Positions 1 to 11,360 of a stretch of DNA of 64,000 nucleotides are shown here, piece after piece. The stretch comes from Squalus acanthias. Lineage: Eukaryota. Under the pieces are notes generated by a model. The model had not been told where the DNA came from and made no database searches. It worked only from the letters and a program-made list of their open reading frames with translations. The stretch covers positions 20,648,001-20,712,000 of the forward strand of contig CM059432.1 in assembly GCA_030390025.1 (NCBI GenBank). Reading direction: 5' to 3'. The translations under genes were made by a program, and so were the position numbers. Numbering within the stretch: position 1 is the stretch's first letter; every line of letters starts with the position of its first letter.

Positions 1-33
1 AGTTACAAGTTCTCCAAGGTTAGAACAAGCTTA

Positions 34-464
34 AATATAAACAGAAAATGCTGGAAATACTCAGCAGATCAGGCAGCATCTGTGAGCCTTGCCTCACTGA
101 GATAATCTTCCATATAATTCAACCCATTGAGCACCTATTTGTGATTGCAGTATCTGCTATGTTTGTTCCCACATCCTCCTTATTTTCTGATTCTCCTAAA
201 ATGCTTCATCTTTTAGTTTTCAGTTCTAAAGATGGGGTCCACTCAAAACATTAACCTATCTTTTCTCTCTCAAGGTATTGACTGACCTACTGTGCAATTT
301 TCATTTTAGCATTTTCTGTTTTTCCTTCATTTTTGACGAAAGGTCACTGACCTGAAACGTTAACCCTGTTTCTCTCTCCATAAATTCTGCCGACCTGCTG
401 AGCATTTCCAGCAATTTATGTTTATATTTCAGATTTCTAGTATCTGCAGTATTTTGTCTATGTA
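34..464 (+). mobile_element. Penelope-like element terminal insertion with inverted 5' piece and two degenerate hammerhead-like units
   Basis: Flanked by a 14-bp direct repeat TTAGAACAAGCTTA (20-33 and 465-478). 34-87 is an inverted copy of ~380-430. Hammerhead-like core ttgacga-a-aggtc-act-gacct-gaaa-cgtt at 333-361, and a more decayed unit near 221-257. Confidence 0.65.
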
Positions 465-479
465 TTAGAACAAGCTTAG

Positions 480-890
480 CCAGGCGGAGGAGGGTGGTGG
501 AGGATGGGGACTGGTTGGGTTGCTGTGCAAGGGAGCCTGGAAATCGCCATGGCAAGGGATGGAAGTGCAGAGTGACAGTGTGTCCATGGTAAAAAGGACA
601 CAATTGGTGCTGGAGAACCTGAAATCATCAAAGTAACAGAAGGCATCAGAAGAGTCACAGGTGTGGGTGGATAGAGACTGGACAAGGGGGAAGAATAGAA
701 ATGAAATAAGAGGAAATTAATTTGTTGGTACAGGAGCAAGCTGAAGCAGTTGTTTTACTGGGACAGTCCTATTTGTATGTCCTGGAGGTAGAAGTGGCAA
801 TGTAGGGTTGGAGAATTACAAGGTTAGAGGGGGCAGTTCTCCAGATATGAGATGTGGAATAGTCTTGAGAAATAATGCTTTACTGTTTGG
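480..890 (-). mobile_element. Degenerate Penelope-like reverse transcriptase fragment
   Basis: Minus-strand hand translation gives PLVQSLSTHTCDSSDAF...LFTMDTLSLCTSIP, resembling the Penelope RT motif region (..TMDVxSLYTSIP). Confidence 0.65.
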
Positions 891-1828
891 TAGAACAGGC
901 TGGAGTTAATAGCTCAAACTAGGGTTTATACTGTGCTTTCTGCATCCATACAACATGAAAGCTGCGCCTCGTTGCAAAACTGCGGTATAACTGGCCTGTT
1001 AACACTTCGAGCAAAAGCCCCGAGTGCAACTGAAGATGAAGATTTTGACATGTTTCTTTTACTAATACATTCCCTCGTCTTCTGTGCCCTCTTCCCTTTC
1101 TGTCAGAAATAAGAGAGCTGCAAACTGTAGGGATTCAATACTGTCCATTAATAAAACGCACAGGTTAAATACTCCCTGTCTAAAGGGATGAATGAAAAAG
1201 ATATATTCAAACCGTCTGTATTGGAGAGAGGTAACAGGACGCCGAGTCGGCAGGATTACCACTTCACCGAAGCCAGCACTTGGCCTTTCATCTACAAGGG
1301 CGAAAGTAACACAATATTTCAGCGACTTTCTGTGGGAAAGTGAGACTCGTTTCCTCAGCGACTTACAGAAGGATTTCAATTTCAGGTCCCTCCGCCGGTA
1401 ATAACTTCTGCAGAATGTATTGATCCAAGAATCCAACAGACATCAGGACCTTGTTTGGGGAACGTTAGGGCCATCCGCTACATTTTTAAAAAAATAGACA
1501 GAAGTCAATAACTAAATGGTCGACCTGAATGTGTTAGTCGCCTCCATGAATCGTCTCTCGTTCTGGACTGGAAACTCCAAGTGCTTGAAAATACGATTTT
1601 AAATTGCTGTCTGGTCGCCTGGATTATAGCGACGGTGGATCTTAACCATTTTGGAAGAAACGAAAGTGATATCAAGTGGATCGTCTCCCCAGTCCTCAAG
1701 ACAACGCGATCTTGTCACCGTTCACAACCCATCCCCATCATATTCACACTGGACTTGGGAACACATTGCCAGTTAGTAGGCGTCTTTGGATTCCCCTGCG
1801 TTGCATAGTTGAATGGGAAACGGAATAT

Positions 1829-2737
1829 CACAGAATCATAGAAATTTACGGCACAGAAGGAGGCCATTCGCCCATCGTGTCTGTGCCGGCGGACAAAGAG
1901 CTATCCAGCCTAATCCAACTTTCCAGCTTTTGGTCCGTAGCCCTGTCGGTTACGGCACTTCAAGCGCATATCCAAGTACTTTTTAAATGCTATGAGGGTT
2001 TCTGCCTCTACCACCCTTTCAGGCAGTGAGTTCCAGACCCCCACCACCCTCTGGGTGAAAAAAGTTCTCCTCAACTCCCCTCTAATCCTTCTACCAATTA
2101 CTGTAAATCTGTGTCCTCTGGTTATTGACCTGTCTGCTAGGGGAAATAGGTCCTTCCTATCCACTCTATCTGGGCCCCATATCATTTTATACACCTCAAT
2201 TAAGTCTCCCCTCAGCCTCCTCTGTTCCAAAGAAAACAACCCCAGCCTATCCAATCTTTCCTCATAGCTAAAATTCCCCAGTCCTGGCAACATCCTCGTA
2301 AATCTCCTCTGCACCCTCTCTATTGCAATCACATCTTTCCTGTAATATGGTGACCAGAACTGTACACAGTACCCTAGCTGTGACCTAACTGGTGTTTCAT
2401 ACAGTACAAGCATAACCTCCCCGCTCTTATATTCTATGCCTCAGCTAATAATGAAAGTATCCTGCATGCCTTCTTAACCACCATATCTACCTGTCCTACT
2501 ACCTTCAGGGATCTGTGGACATGCACTCCAAGGTGCCTCTATTCCTCTACATTTGTCAGTGTCCTACCATTTATTATGTATTCACTTGTCTTGTTAGCCC
2601 TCCCCAAATGCATTAAGTCACACTTTTCTGGATTGAATTCCACTCGTCACTTTTTTGCCCACCTGATCAGTCCATGGATATCTTCCTGCTGTCTACAGCT
2701 TTCTTCCACACTATCAACCACGGGGCCAATGTTTGTG
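1829..2737 (-). mobile_element. CR1 LINE 3' fragment
   Basis: ORF 1910-2413 has the CR1 ORF2 C-terminus (YCVQFWSP, LEQRRLRGDLIEVYK, FFTQRVVGVWNSLP) followed by a 3' tail. Confidence 0.9.
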
Positions 2738-2984
2738 CATGTGGGGCAGTGTGTATCTGTTAGATGAGTGAAACTGCATGAATGCTGGAAATCTGAAATA
2801 AATATAGAAAAATAAAAACCCTGGAAATGCACAATAGGTCCACCGTTATCTGAGCGAGAAAGATAGCTTAGAGTTTGGGGAGTGAACCTTCATCACACTT
2901 GGCACTTCTGTGCATTTTCAGCATTCTATCTGTATACTATACTATAAACGTTGTTTCTGCTTTAAGTTAAATTATTCCAAACGC

Positions 2985-3208
2985 CAGGGAGTTCTCCCCA
3001 TGTCCTGGCCAATATTTATCCGCCAACTAATATCACGAAAACAGATTATCTGGTCATTATCAAATTGCTGTCTGTGGGAGCTTGCTGTGAGCAGATTGGC
3101 TGCAGCGTTTCCTGCATTACAACAGTGGCTACACTTCAACAGTACTTCACTAGCTGAAAAACGCTCTGGGACATTCCCGAGGTCCTGAAAGGAGCTATAT
3201 AAATGCAA
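2985..3208 (+). mobile_element. Deu-domain SINE (SacSINE1-like), 3' part
   Basis: Matches the body and tail of the full copy at 56103-56576 (gtcctggccaatatttatcc...gctatataaatgcaa). Confidence 0.75.
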
Positions 3209-3209
3209 A

Positions 3210-3300
3210 TAAAAAACAGAACATGCTGGAAACACTCAGCAGGTCAGGCAGCATCTGTGGAGAGAGAAACAGAGTCAACGTTTCAGGTCTTCGTCAATAA
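3210..3300 (-). mobile_element. Penelope-like terminal repeat with a deleted hammerhead-like motif
   Basis: Same repeat as 13775-13869; stem II is partly deleted. Confidence 0.6.
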
Positions 3301-6300
3301 CTTGCCTATAAATGCACGTTCTTTGATTATGGACTCCACTAAATGACAATGTAGCAATTTAAAGCTGCGGTATCTTTTAAAACGAAGCACATGTACACGC
3401 CCCTCAGAAACTTATTTTGACCTGCAAAATAATCATGACACCGGATTAAAACTCAGTCAGATACATTTGAATTATACAAATATATATTTAAAGCAACATT
3501 CTATTCGGTCTGGTTAGTCGGAGCCAGCGTATAACATGCAGTTCACACCAGTCAGATTGTTTCCAACTCGCAGACATGGACGCGGGTCGCTGTGGTACAT
3601 GTAAATATTCCGAACTGATATTTCGACTGACACTCAAAATAACAGATCCGATCTGTTTCAGCCCAGTTGGCATAAATCAGAGCGGCTAGAACTTCCAGAT
3701 ATATATATATGTATTTTATATATTGAAAGGGACGGAAGGGCTACAGGCTCGCGGTTGCTTTGCTTTGAGGATTACAGTAACTAACATGATCAGAAGCGGC
3801 GTCGCTGGTTGCACAGAAGGAAATTGCTCGCTCCCTTTGAGTGGGTGTTTGAACAGTGATAGGGACGGGTACAGGCTGGGAGGAAAGGCGGGGGGTCTAT
3901 ATTACCTGGGAGTGAGTGACTGCACACGCCACCGCAGCTTGAGTCTGTTTCCCAGAGAGGTATGTGTCCACAAATAGCGGATGGAGCTGATATTGAAGAG
4001 ATGTCTGGAAGCGGCAATTGAGAACACTTTGGGAATTCGGGCTGCGCCGAATCTTTATGTCAATAAAGTCATTTGGGGGAAACAGTAAAGGATCTATACA
4101 GGAACATAGCGTCTTTTTTTTGGCTTTTAAATCTCTGTCTATATATTCAGAATGCATCCTTACAAACTATCACTAGATAGACATTTGTAAAATCCCGATT
4201 CTGATCTGCTACTGGGAAGGGAGTCAGACATGAGTCTGAATCAGATAGGCTACAAAAATATATCAATATTCAATTTGTATTGTACTCCCATTTAAAAAAA
4301 TGAAGTGCTGGATGGACGATAGTAAAGGATGGCACTGCGCCGGGATTAGAATATAAATTGTCTCAGGTTTTGCTTGTTTATATTTTACACACAATCCGTT
4401 AACTCCAAGTTATTTCCATTCCATGCCCGCATGTGGCAAAATAACAAAGGCATGTCGAAAAGGCGACTTAAACACAGGCTGGACTGGCGACACAAAGCGC
4501 CAGCAAACTGATTATTTAGAGAATTTTAAAAAAAAACACCACCCGGGACTGCGGTGTGAGGATACTGCAGCAGAGAAGGAAGTGTCTGACAGGGGGCTTC
4601 CTCGCTTCTGGGTGCCTCAGAGCAGCTCATTGCTCGAATCCTCTGGGGTTTTTTTTCTCTCTCTCTTGGTAGAGCTCTCCCCCCTCCAACGTGCGACCAG
4701 GAAAGCCTGACGTAACTAATGCGCTCCTGGCTACAACGCTCTGGCTTCAGTAGGTGGGACATCAAGAGGAGAGAAGGACGTCTTGCCAGATCTTTTGCAA
4801 CATCACCGCCACTTCCACCTTCCCCCACCCCCAACCCCCCCTCCCCTTCCTACAGCACATTACTTTACCACAAGGATGCACCAAGAGGCAGTATCTCCAT
4901 ACTCGAGAGACCAGTAAGGACTCGTTCTTCCTTGGATCTAAACTCCCAGGCTCTTGGCTGTTACAGGTTTTCCCCTCGGATTAATCAAAGAACGGTCTGT
5001 TTTCTGTGCATCAGTGATTTTTTTCCTCGTTCTTTTAAAAAAAAACAACCTTCCCTTCACTCCTGCCGGTGTGTGTATGTGGGTATCCCAGCCGCAAACT
5101 ATGGTCGCCACCGCCTTGCCATTTACGCTTTTTTAAAGCTGGAGTCTTTTTTGGGGGGTGTTTGCAAAGGAGCGTGAGAGGAAAAGTGTAATTGTATGCT
5201 TAGAAACTTTGAGGTAAGGATGATATTGCATCGGAACCCAGTTGCCTACAAGTGATTTATACGTGTGTGTGTTTTCTCTCTCTCTCTCTCCAATGTAAAT
5301 CTACTTTATACAGCGTGCACCGTTGTTTGGGGGCTGAGTAAAGAGCTGTAAATCGCTCCGAGACCCTGCACACCGAACACCTTTAATGGGAAACCGGGCA
5401 GGTGGCACGCTCTTGTGCCTGGTGAGATCGGGGCAGCTCCACAGAAGCTGGTGCTCGTTTCAAGTACAGATAGCGGCCAGATTTAGACCATCTCCTTCTC
5501 AATAGTTACAGAGGAGAGGCTTACCTGGTGTTTTGGGAGAGCGACAAAGCGCAATACCCTGTCGCGTTTTAAGCGCATTGCTTTTAATCTATTGACAAAA
5601 AAACGGTATCTTCGAGGCCCCGGGTGGATTAATGGTGCCATTCCGAGCTCTGGGGGGTGTTAGTTTTTGGCTCGGTTGGCTCGATGCTGTATTCGCGTGG
5701 CGATGGCAAATGGGCGATGCGGACAAGGTGCCGAGTCCGTGGGGAATACCAGATTCCAGCATTGGCTCGCCAGGAATGGGACCGGTGCCCGTTGAAAATA
5801 CGAGCTCGCGAATGTCTCCGCGCACCTAGCCGTTTATTTAAGACAATCCGCCGGCCAGATCACAGTAACGGGGGGGAATGGGAAAGTGGGAGGGCGTTCT
5901 CATTTCGCTCCACCCTGCCCTTTTTCTGCTGTGTACATTTGATCCCAATTATTAAAACACGCGCGTCCTTTCTCTTGTTTCCCACCTTTACGACTAGCTG
6001 GATCGGTTTGGGTGTAAAATATCATTCTGTATTCCACTGTCGCCAGCCGCTTGAGTCTGTTCCATGATGAATTCGGCAGCGACAAGGTTAATCACATATG
6101 GTTAGTCGCAAGATCTGATCCGTCTCAGTTCTTCCAACTCCGGCTGTACAGTGGGTGTCACTGATTCCGCTTTTTTTAACACCAAATTATTATGGTTAAT
6201 AAATCTTAACTCATTGGCAGCGAATTAATCTGACGCCTTCGGATGCCAGAAAGCAGAACCTTGTAGTTTTTACAATAGGGAGAAAACTGGATCAGGCTGC

Positions 6301-8955
6301 AAACCTGTTTAGACATTAGTTGTGATGCATCAGGCAAAAGGGATCCCCCAACTACCTCTTACAATGGAGTCGTTTCTTAGTAACTGACGAGACCAACGCT
6401 TTACACTGCGCTGGAATCAAATAACTCGGGGTAATTACACAGCAATTAACAACCCCCAAGGCAGAACGTGACGCTCAGAATCTTTCACCGAGTTTGAATC
6501 ACTTCCACATCTATTAACTCCTTCGCCATTCAGAGGATGGTGAATGGGTGCGAAGCGGGGACATCACTTGAGCGTCTCGGCAGCCGCCCAACGGGCTCGT
6601 CCAGGGTACCAAGGAGGAGAGTGAAATCTCCGCTAGAAGTAATGTACCTTTAAGGGCTGGCTGGCTGCCAGCGATTGGAAAGGCAAGCTTACCGCAAATA
6701 AAATAAAAATACATGAATAAAAGCAAGCGGGGGTCTGATGATTGGGCTCCGCTCAGGCAGTCCTTACCACCCGCGCACAACACGCTTCTCCAGCAAGCAG
6801 AATGCCCCTGGCCTCTCCAAGTGCAGGCAGGACCAGAATCAGCGCCTGCCTTCATTATCAAGGGGCTCTGTCCATTCTCGACTGGAATTTGCTATTTTAT
6901 TTAAAACAAGGTTTTGTGTTTGCTACCTTGAATAAACACATTGCACAGAATCCTCCCGCCCCCCCCCCCCCCCCCCCACACACACACACAAATTAGGCAA
7001 AGGGAAGAACATGTTCTCCTGAACCAGTGGGCAGCCTTAATAATGCGCCCACGCCACACGCCAGCGCCAATCCTGCCACCTTTCTCTGCCTCTTCCCTGT
7101 TTCAGCTGGCACAGATGGCTTTGTTATAAGACCGTAACTTTTAACAATATGTTGATGCATTATGAGTCAGACAGTGCGATCTGTTTCGGCACCTCGCCCC
7201 ACACTGTATACATTCCATGTTTGACACCCTTGCTTCCTTTGCGCTGTGAAGTTTGAACACCCGTCGATCAAGGTGGGGCGCTCCAAGTGTCCTGTCCTGA
7301 TCAGCGACGGTCCCTTATCCCGGCCGGCCGGCGTCCAGTAACCTCCCCCCCCCCCCACTCCCGTCCCTTCATTCCCCCCCTTGCCCAGTTACAACGCGCA
7401 GTTGAAAGGATAAGCGCGCGGTCATTGCACAGGCGTGATTCGGATCCTGGAAGATGAAATGCAATCAGTTGTGGGAATGCTGAACTCCTGATGGATAAGT
7501 TAGCGTGCAATTCCCGGCGGGAAGTGCCATAAGGGGAAGCGGTGCGTCTTGATGTGAGCCCGCCAGCTGATGTGCAACAAGAGAAATGGGCAGCTTAAAA
7601 TGGACAACCGAACGACTCGTAGACCCACTCTCTCACAGGTCCGGTAGGTTGTGTACCTGTCCCGACATTTATTGCCCCCCCCCCCCCCCCACACACACAC
7701 ACACACTCTTGGTAAGCGACGATGGTTTGTGACTTGCCATTAATAGGTTAATGTTTCCTTCATACATGCCGCGTCTCAAACCAGGGGGAGAGAGAGAGAG
7801 AGAGAGCTAAGGGGACCACAGGCTCCTGTTCATGTCACAAGGCAGCAGCAATGAGAGGCCGGCATGGCACTGGACTGAGCGAACAGGATCCGAACAAGCA
7901 CAGTGCGTAAAGAAGATGCAAGAATCCTTTCTTTTGGAAGAAAGCGCATAATATGGAAATACATGTAGGAACATTCATTCTCACACGATTGTCAAACACA
8001 GACTGACCATACGGGCGTTAAAATGGGGCAAAACTTCAATGAACTGGAACATATTACAATCTTCCTCTACCCCGAGACAAAATAGGAAATCCGTCAATAA
8101 TAATACGATTAATCTACGCGACAGTTCCTTTTAAAAACGCAGATTGATGCTATTCATCAACGTGTAAAGCACAGGAAGGTTAATCTATGATTGCTGGCGG
8201 TGTAGCATTGTAGGAATGCACACACAGAAACATAGCATTTTCTTCAGAATGGTGCATTTTTACCCTAGAGAGTTTACAGTGGAAGACTCAAATTGTACTG
8301 AAGTGACTGTAGTCTAATAGCTATTAAAATGCATCTCTGCTAATCCAGTTAATTGTCAATTAGGAATAATCTGTTCTAACTCTGGAGGCCTTGGTTAGTG
8401 AAGTTCTGTCACCTTTTAGTGACGGGGCGAGCACTCGGGTTATTAGCATACTTTGTGTGGGCTATTAAATGCGTTATTTTAAACAGTTTAAGGCTGCAAT
8501 GTGCAAATCACTAAATGGCAATTAGTTTTGGGGTGTTTATCCGATCATCAGGAGAGAAAAGCTGCATTTTAATTAGCGTTAATTACCAAAATATTTGAGT
8601 TTGTGTGAGGATGTGTGGTTTTTGCAGGCTCGACTGAAAACGCAGCCGAGTCTTTTTAAAGCACCTGCGTGATAATAAGTTTCCAACGTCTGCATGTTTT
8701 TTTTAAAAGTTGGCCGGCACTGAAACAGAGGAATTAAGCAGCAGGGCGCGTTTGATCTGACACTTGAAATCATAGAAATGCCACAAGCTCCCGGGGGCTC
8801 GATCGAGTGCAGCTCACTTGCTGGCAGGAAATAGAAGCAACAAAAAAAAATCGATGAAAGGCCATATCAAAGATGGCTTTAAGTAAGAGATGATGCATGT
8901 TTATGTCATCAAGGGTATTAAAAGAAAGTGATACCTATCCTTTTTATCATTTCAG
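3300..8955 (+). promoter_or_regulatory. ADGRB1: CpG-rich, repeat-free promoter / non-coding first exon(s) / first intron of ADGRB1
   Basis: Many CpGs and no recognisable transposons. Consensus-like donors GAG|GTATGT (3960), GAG|GTAAGG (5214) and TTG|GTAAGC (7712). The TSS cannot be determined from sequence. Confidence 0.5.
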
Positions 8956-9307
8956 ATTCAATTCTGACCGTTGCGACGTCCGCCTGAAGCGCTGCAGAGA
9001 TTTGATATGTATAATTTATTTATAAAGTAATTCCCGTGCATTCCGAATAAACTCGGACCTCACACAGCGTTGGAAGGGGACAACAATTACTACTTCGGGA
9101 CTCACAGGGTTATTCTTGATATATATATATATCTATAAAAAATCAATTCCGGGAATGTACCACAAGGGGGAGACCTAGGACAAAACTACAAAGATTGCAA
9201 TGAAATCATCTCCAGGTCTCTTTCTCTAAAAAAGTCGATCCTGTTATGTCCATGGTCTGGGCTCTTGCTGCTATTTCCTTGGCGTTTCTTGGGACAACTG
9301 ACCTAGG
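8956..9307 (+). other. ADGRB1: Putative 5'UTR part of the first coding exon, with uORFs
   Basis: Polypyrimidine tract plus acceptor cctttttatcatttcAG ending at 8955. uORFs at 9007-9030, 9155-9178, 9200-9229 and 9246-9311. Confidence 0.55.
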
Positions 9308-10040
9308 ATGAGGATCACTGAAACCGCGGTGATTGTGATATTTGCCGCCGCGCTGTGGACCGTTAGCGGGTTGGAGGTCGGGCAACCCCCTTGCACCACT
9401 CTGGTCCAGGGGAAACTATTCGGATACTTCTCTTCCTCAGTGGTCTTCGCTTCCAACAACTCGGTCTGCTCGTGGATTATCCAAAACCCCGACCCCAGGA
9501 GATACACGCTGTACATGAAAGTGGCCAAGACCAGCAATATCTGCGAGCGCCACCAAATCCGCACCTACCAGTTCGATTCCTTCTTGGCAAGCACCCGCAC
9601 CTATTTGGGGATGGAGAGCTTCGACGAAGTGCTGAAGCTCTGCGACTCCTCCGCCCGTTATGCCTTCCTGCAGTCCAGCAAGCAGTACCTTCAGATGAAG
9701 CGGATCTGGCCCGGGGACGGTGTCCGGCCAAGGGGCAGAGGCGGCCGGGTCAAAGACAAGGAGTTCTCTGCGGAATACCTGGTTGTGGGCAACAGGAACC
9801 CCAGCAAAGGGGCTTGCCAGATGCTCTGCAAGTGGCTGGAGACCTGCTTGGCCATCAGCACCAGCGCCCGTCCCTGTGGCATCATGCAGACCCCCTGCTT
9901 CTGCTCGAGGGGCGAGAGCATGGGGCAGTCCACCGAAATGTTGGGGTTAAATAAAAAGGGAGACAGCTGTTTGAAAGACGGCGTCTACTTGGAGAATTGT
10001 ATCAAGAGCCCAAAGGAAAGCAGCGACGCGGATTCCGCCG
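9308..10040 (+). CDS. ADGRB1: Adhesion G protein-coupled receptor B1 (BAI1), first coding exon: signal peptide and N-terminal CUB-like domain
   Basis: Translation contains BAI1-typical blocks [62 protein letters not shown] and PCGIMQTPC. It ends at donor CCG|GTAAGT (10041); 733 nt gives phase 1. Start context has A at -3. Confidence 0.95.
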
Positions 10041-11324
10041 GTAAGTGAACAGAACGGCTGTAGACTTCTCGAAGCCTTTGCTGCCTTCGTTATGAACAAA
10101 AGCACCCACAGAGTCCCTGAGATTTCATGTTTTAGCTTGAAAGAGCGCGCCCACTGTTCTTTTTAAAAAATTACCTGCTGCGGTGTTTTTGTACATTTTT
10201 TTTAAAAAAAAGGAACCTTATTACCCACTCGACTTGAATTGTTTCTATAAACGAGGCGTTTCTGGCCGGCCCTGATTGTGACCCACAATTCGTCTGGAGG
10301 TTAAAAAATTGACATGTAATTGACCGGCGATCAGCTCGGGAAACCGACAGGGGCGCGAATGTTGGGTTTAATTCAGAATTGCCAGTGGGTTTCTCGCCGG
10401 TTTATGACCCAGCAAGCAGGAAGCATTTTGACGAATATCACTCATTCCTTAAGCGATTTCGAATAATTAAACTAAACCTTTCATTGTTTCCACGCTTTCC
10501 CACTAAATCCCTACTAACATTTTTTTTTGCAATCCGATTGCAATCCGAGTTCACTCGAGTTCTGTATATCCAATGACTAGTTTTAAGTGCAACTTTCCGA
10601 GCGTTATAATATACTTGTTGATTCTTTTGCAGCCCTGTCTCTCACGATAAAACCGACATCATCTGTTTTTTTTGGAGTGGGGGGGGGGGGGGGGGAGGTG
10701 TTGCAATAATTTGAGAGCAATTGTGCATTTTTTTTTCAATGAAATGATTATTTCGGTTTGTTTTCTGCTTGCCTGTCCTAGCCTCGCTTCTCAAGCAGCT
10801 TAAGCGCAGAAGGGTTACTGGATTCTGAAAATAATGGACCGCCTTGCTTGTAGAGCTATGAAATTCCTGTGCACCTTTTGAAATGCGAAACCGGGTTTCG
10901 AAATGACGCTTGTTCACAGCCAGTTCCTACCCAGGGGTGGCGTACAGACACAATGCAGTACACAGCATTCAGTAGAAGCAAAGATCAGTGTCCGGTGTCT
11001 TTCCCCTAATAAAGTTCATTTCCTCTCAGTTTAAACATACATGTTCTTTCAAACGCTGCAACTTCCTCACTATTGGCCATTTTAAATCGCTCATCTCTTG
11101 ATGAGGATGCCCGTTTCTTCCCTGCGAGTGTTGGCCCTGGCATTCCCTGGGATCTACGCCATTGTCCTGTACCAATACTGTTATAGCAGGAGAAACGTGT
11201 CAAACTGTGCACGGTAAATGTGTGCAAAAACAGAAAGCACAGCGCTGCAGATTCTGCAACTCTCAGACAGAAAACGCGCGAAACACCCAGCAGATCAGGC
11301 ATCATCTGTGGAGAGAACAGGCAA

Positions 11325-11360
11325 AGTTAACCTTTCAGGTGTGGACCCTTCATCAGAACT
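11325..11360 (-). ncRNA. Minimal type I hammerhead ribozyme-like motif in a Penelope-type terminal repeat (11262-11365)
   Basis: Minus strand reads AGTT-CTGATGA-AGGGTCCACACCT-GAAA-GGT-T-AACT: intact CUGANGA and GAAA cores and stem I AGTT/AACT. The stem III palindrome ACGT of sibling copies is AGGT here. Confidence 0.55.

Noticed and set aside
4719..5177. 152-aa ORF in the promoter region
   Set aside because: Low-complexity, UTR-like sequence with homopolymer runs; no recognisable protein features.
9854..9870. tcagcacc...agcgcc as a REST/RE1 site
   Set aside because: It lacks the GGACAG half-site and canonical spacing, and lies in coding sequence.
9391..9954. 187-aa alternative-frame ORF overlapping the ADGRB1 exon, plus antisense ORFs
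   Set aside because: It starts at TTG and is expected as a shadow of GC3-rich coding sequence; no recognisable motif.
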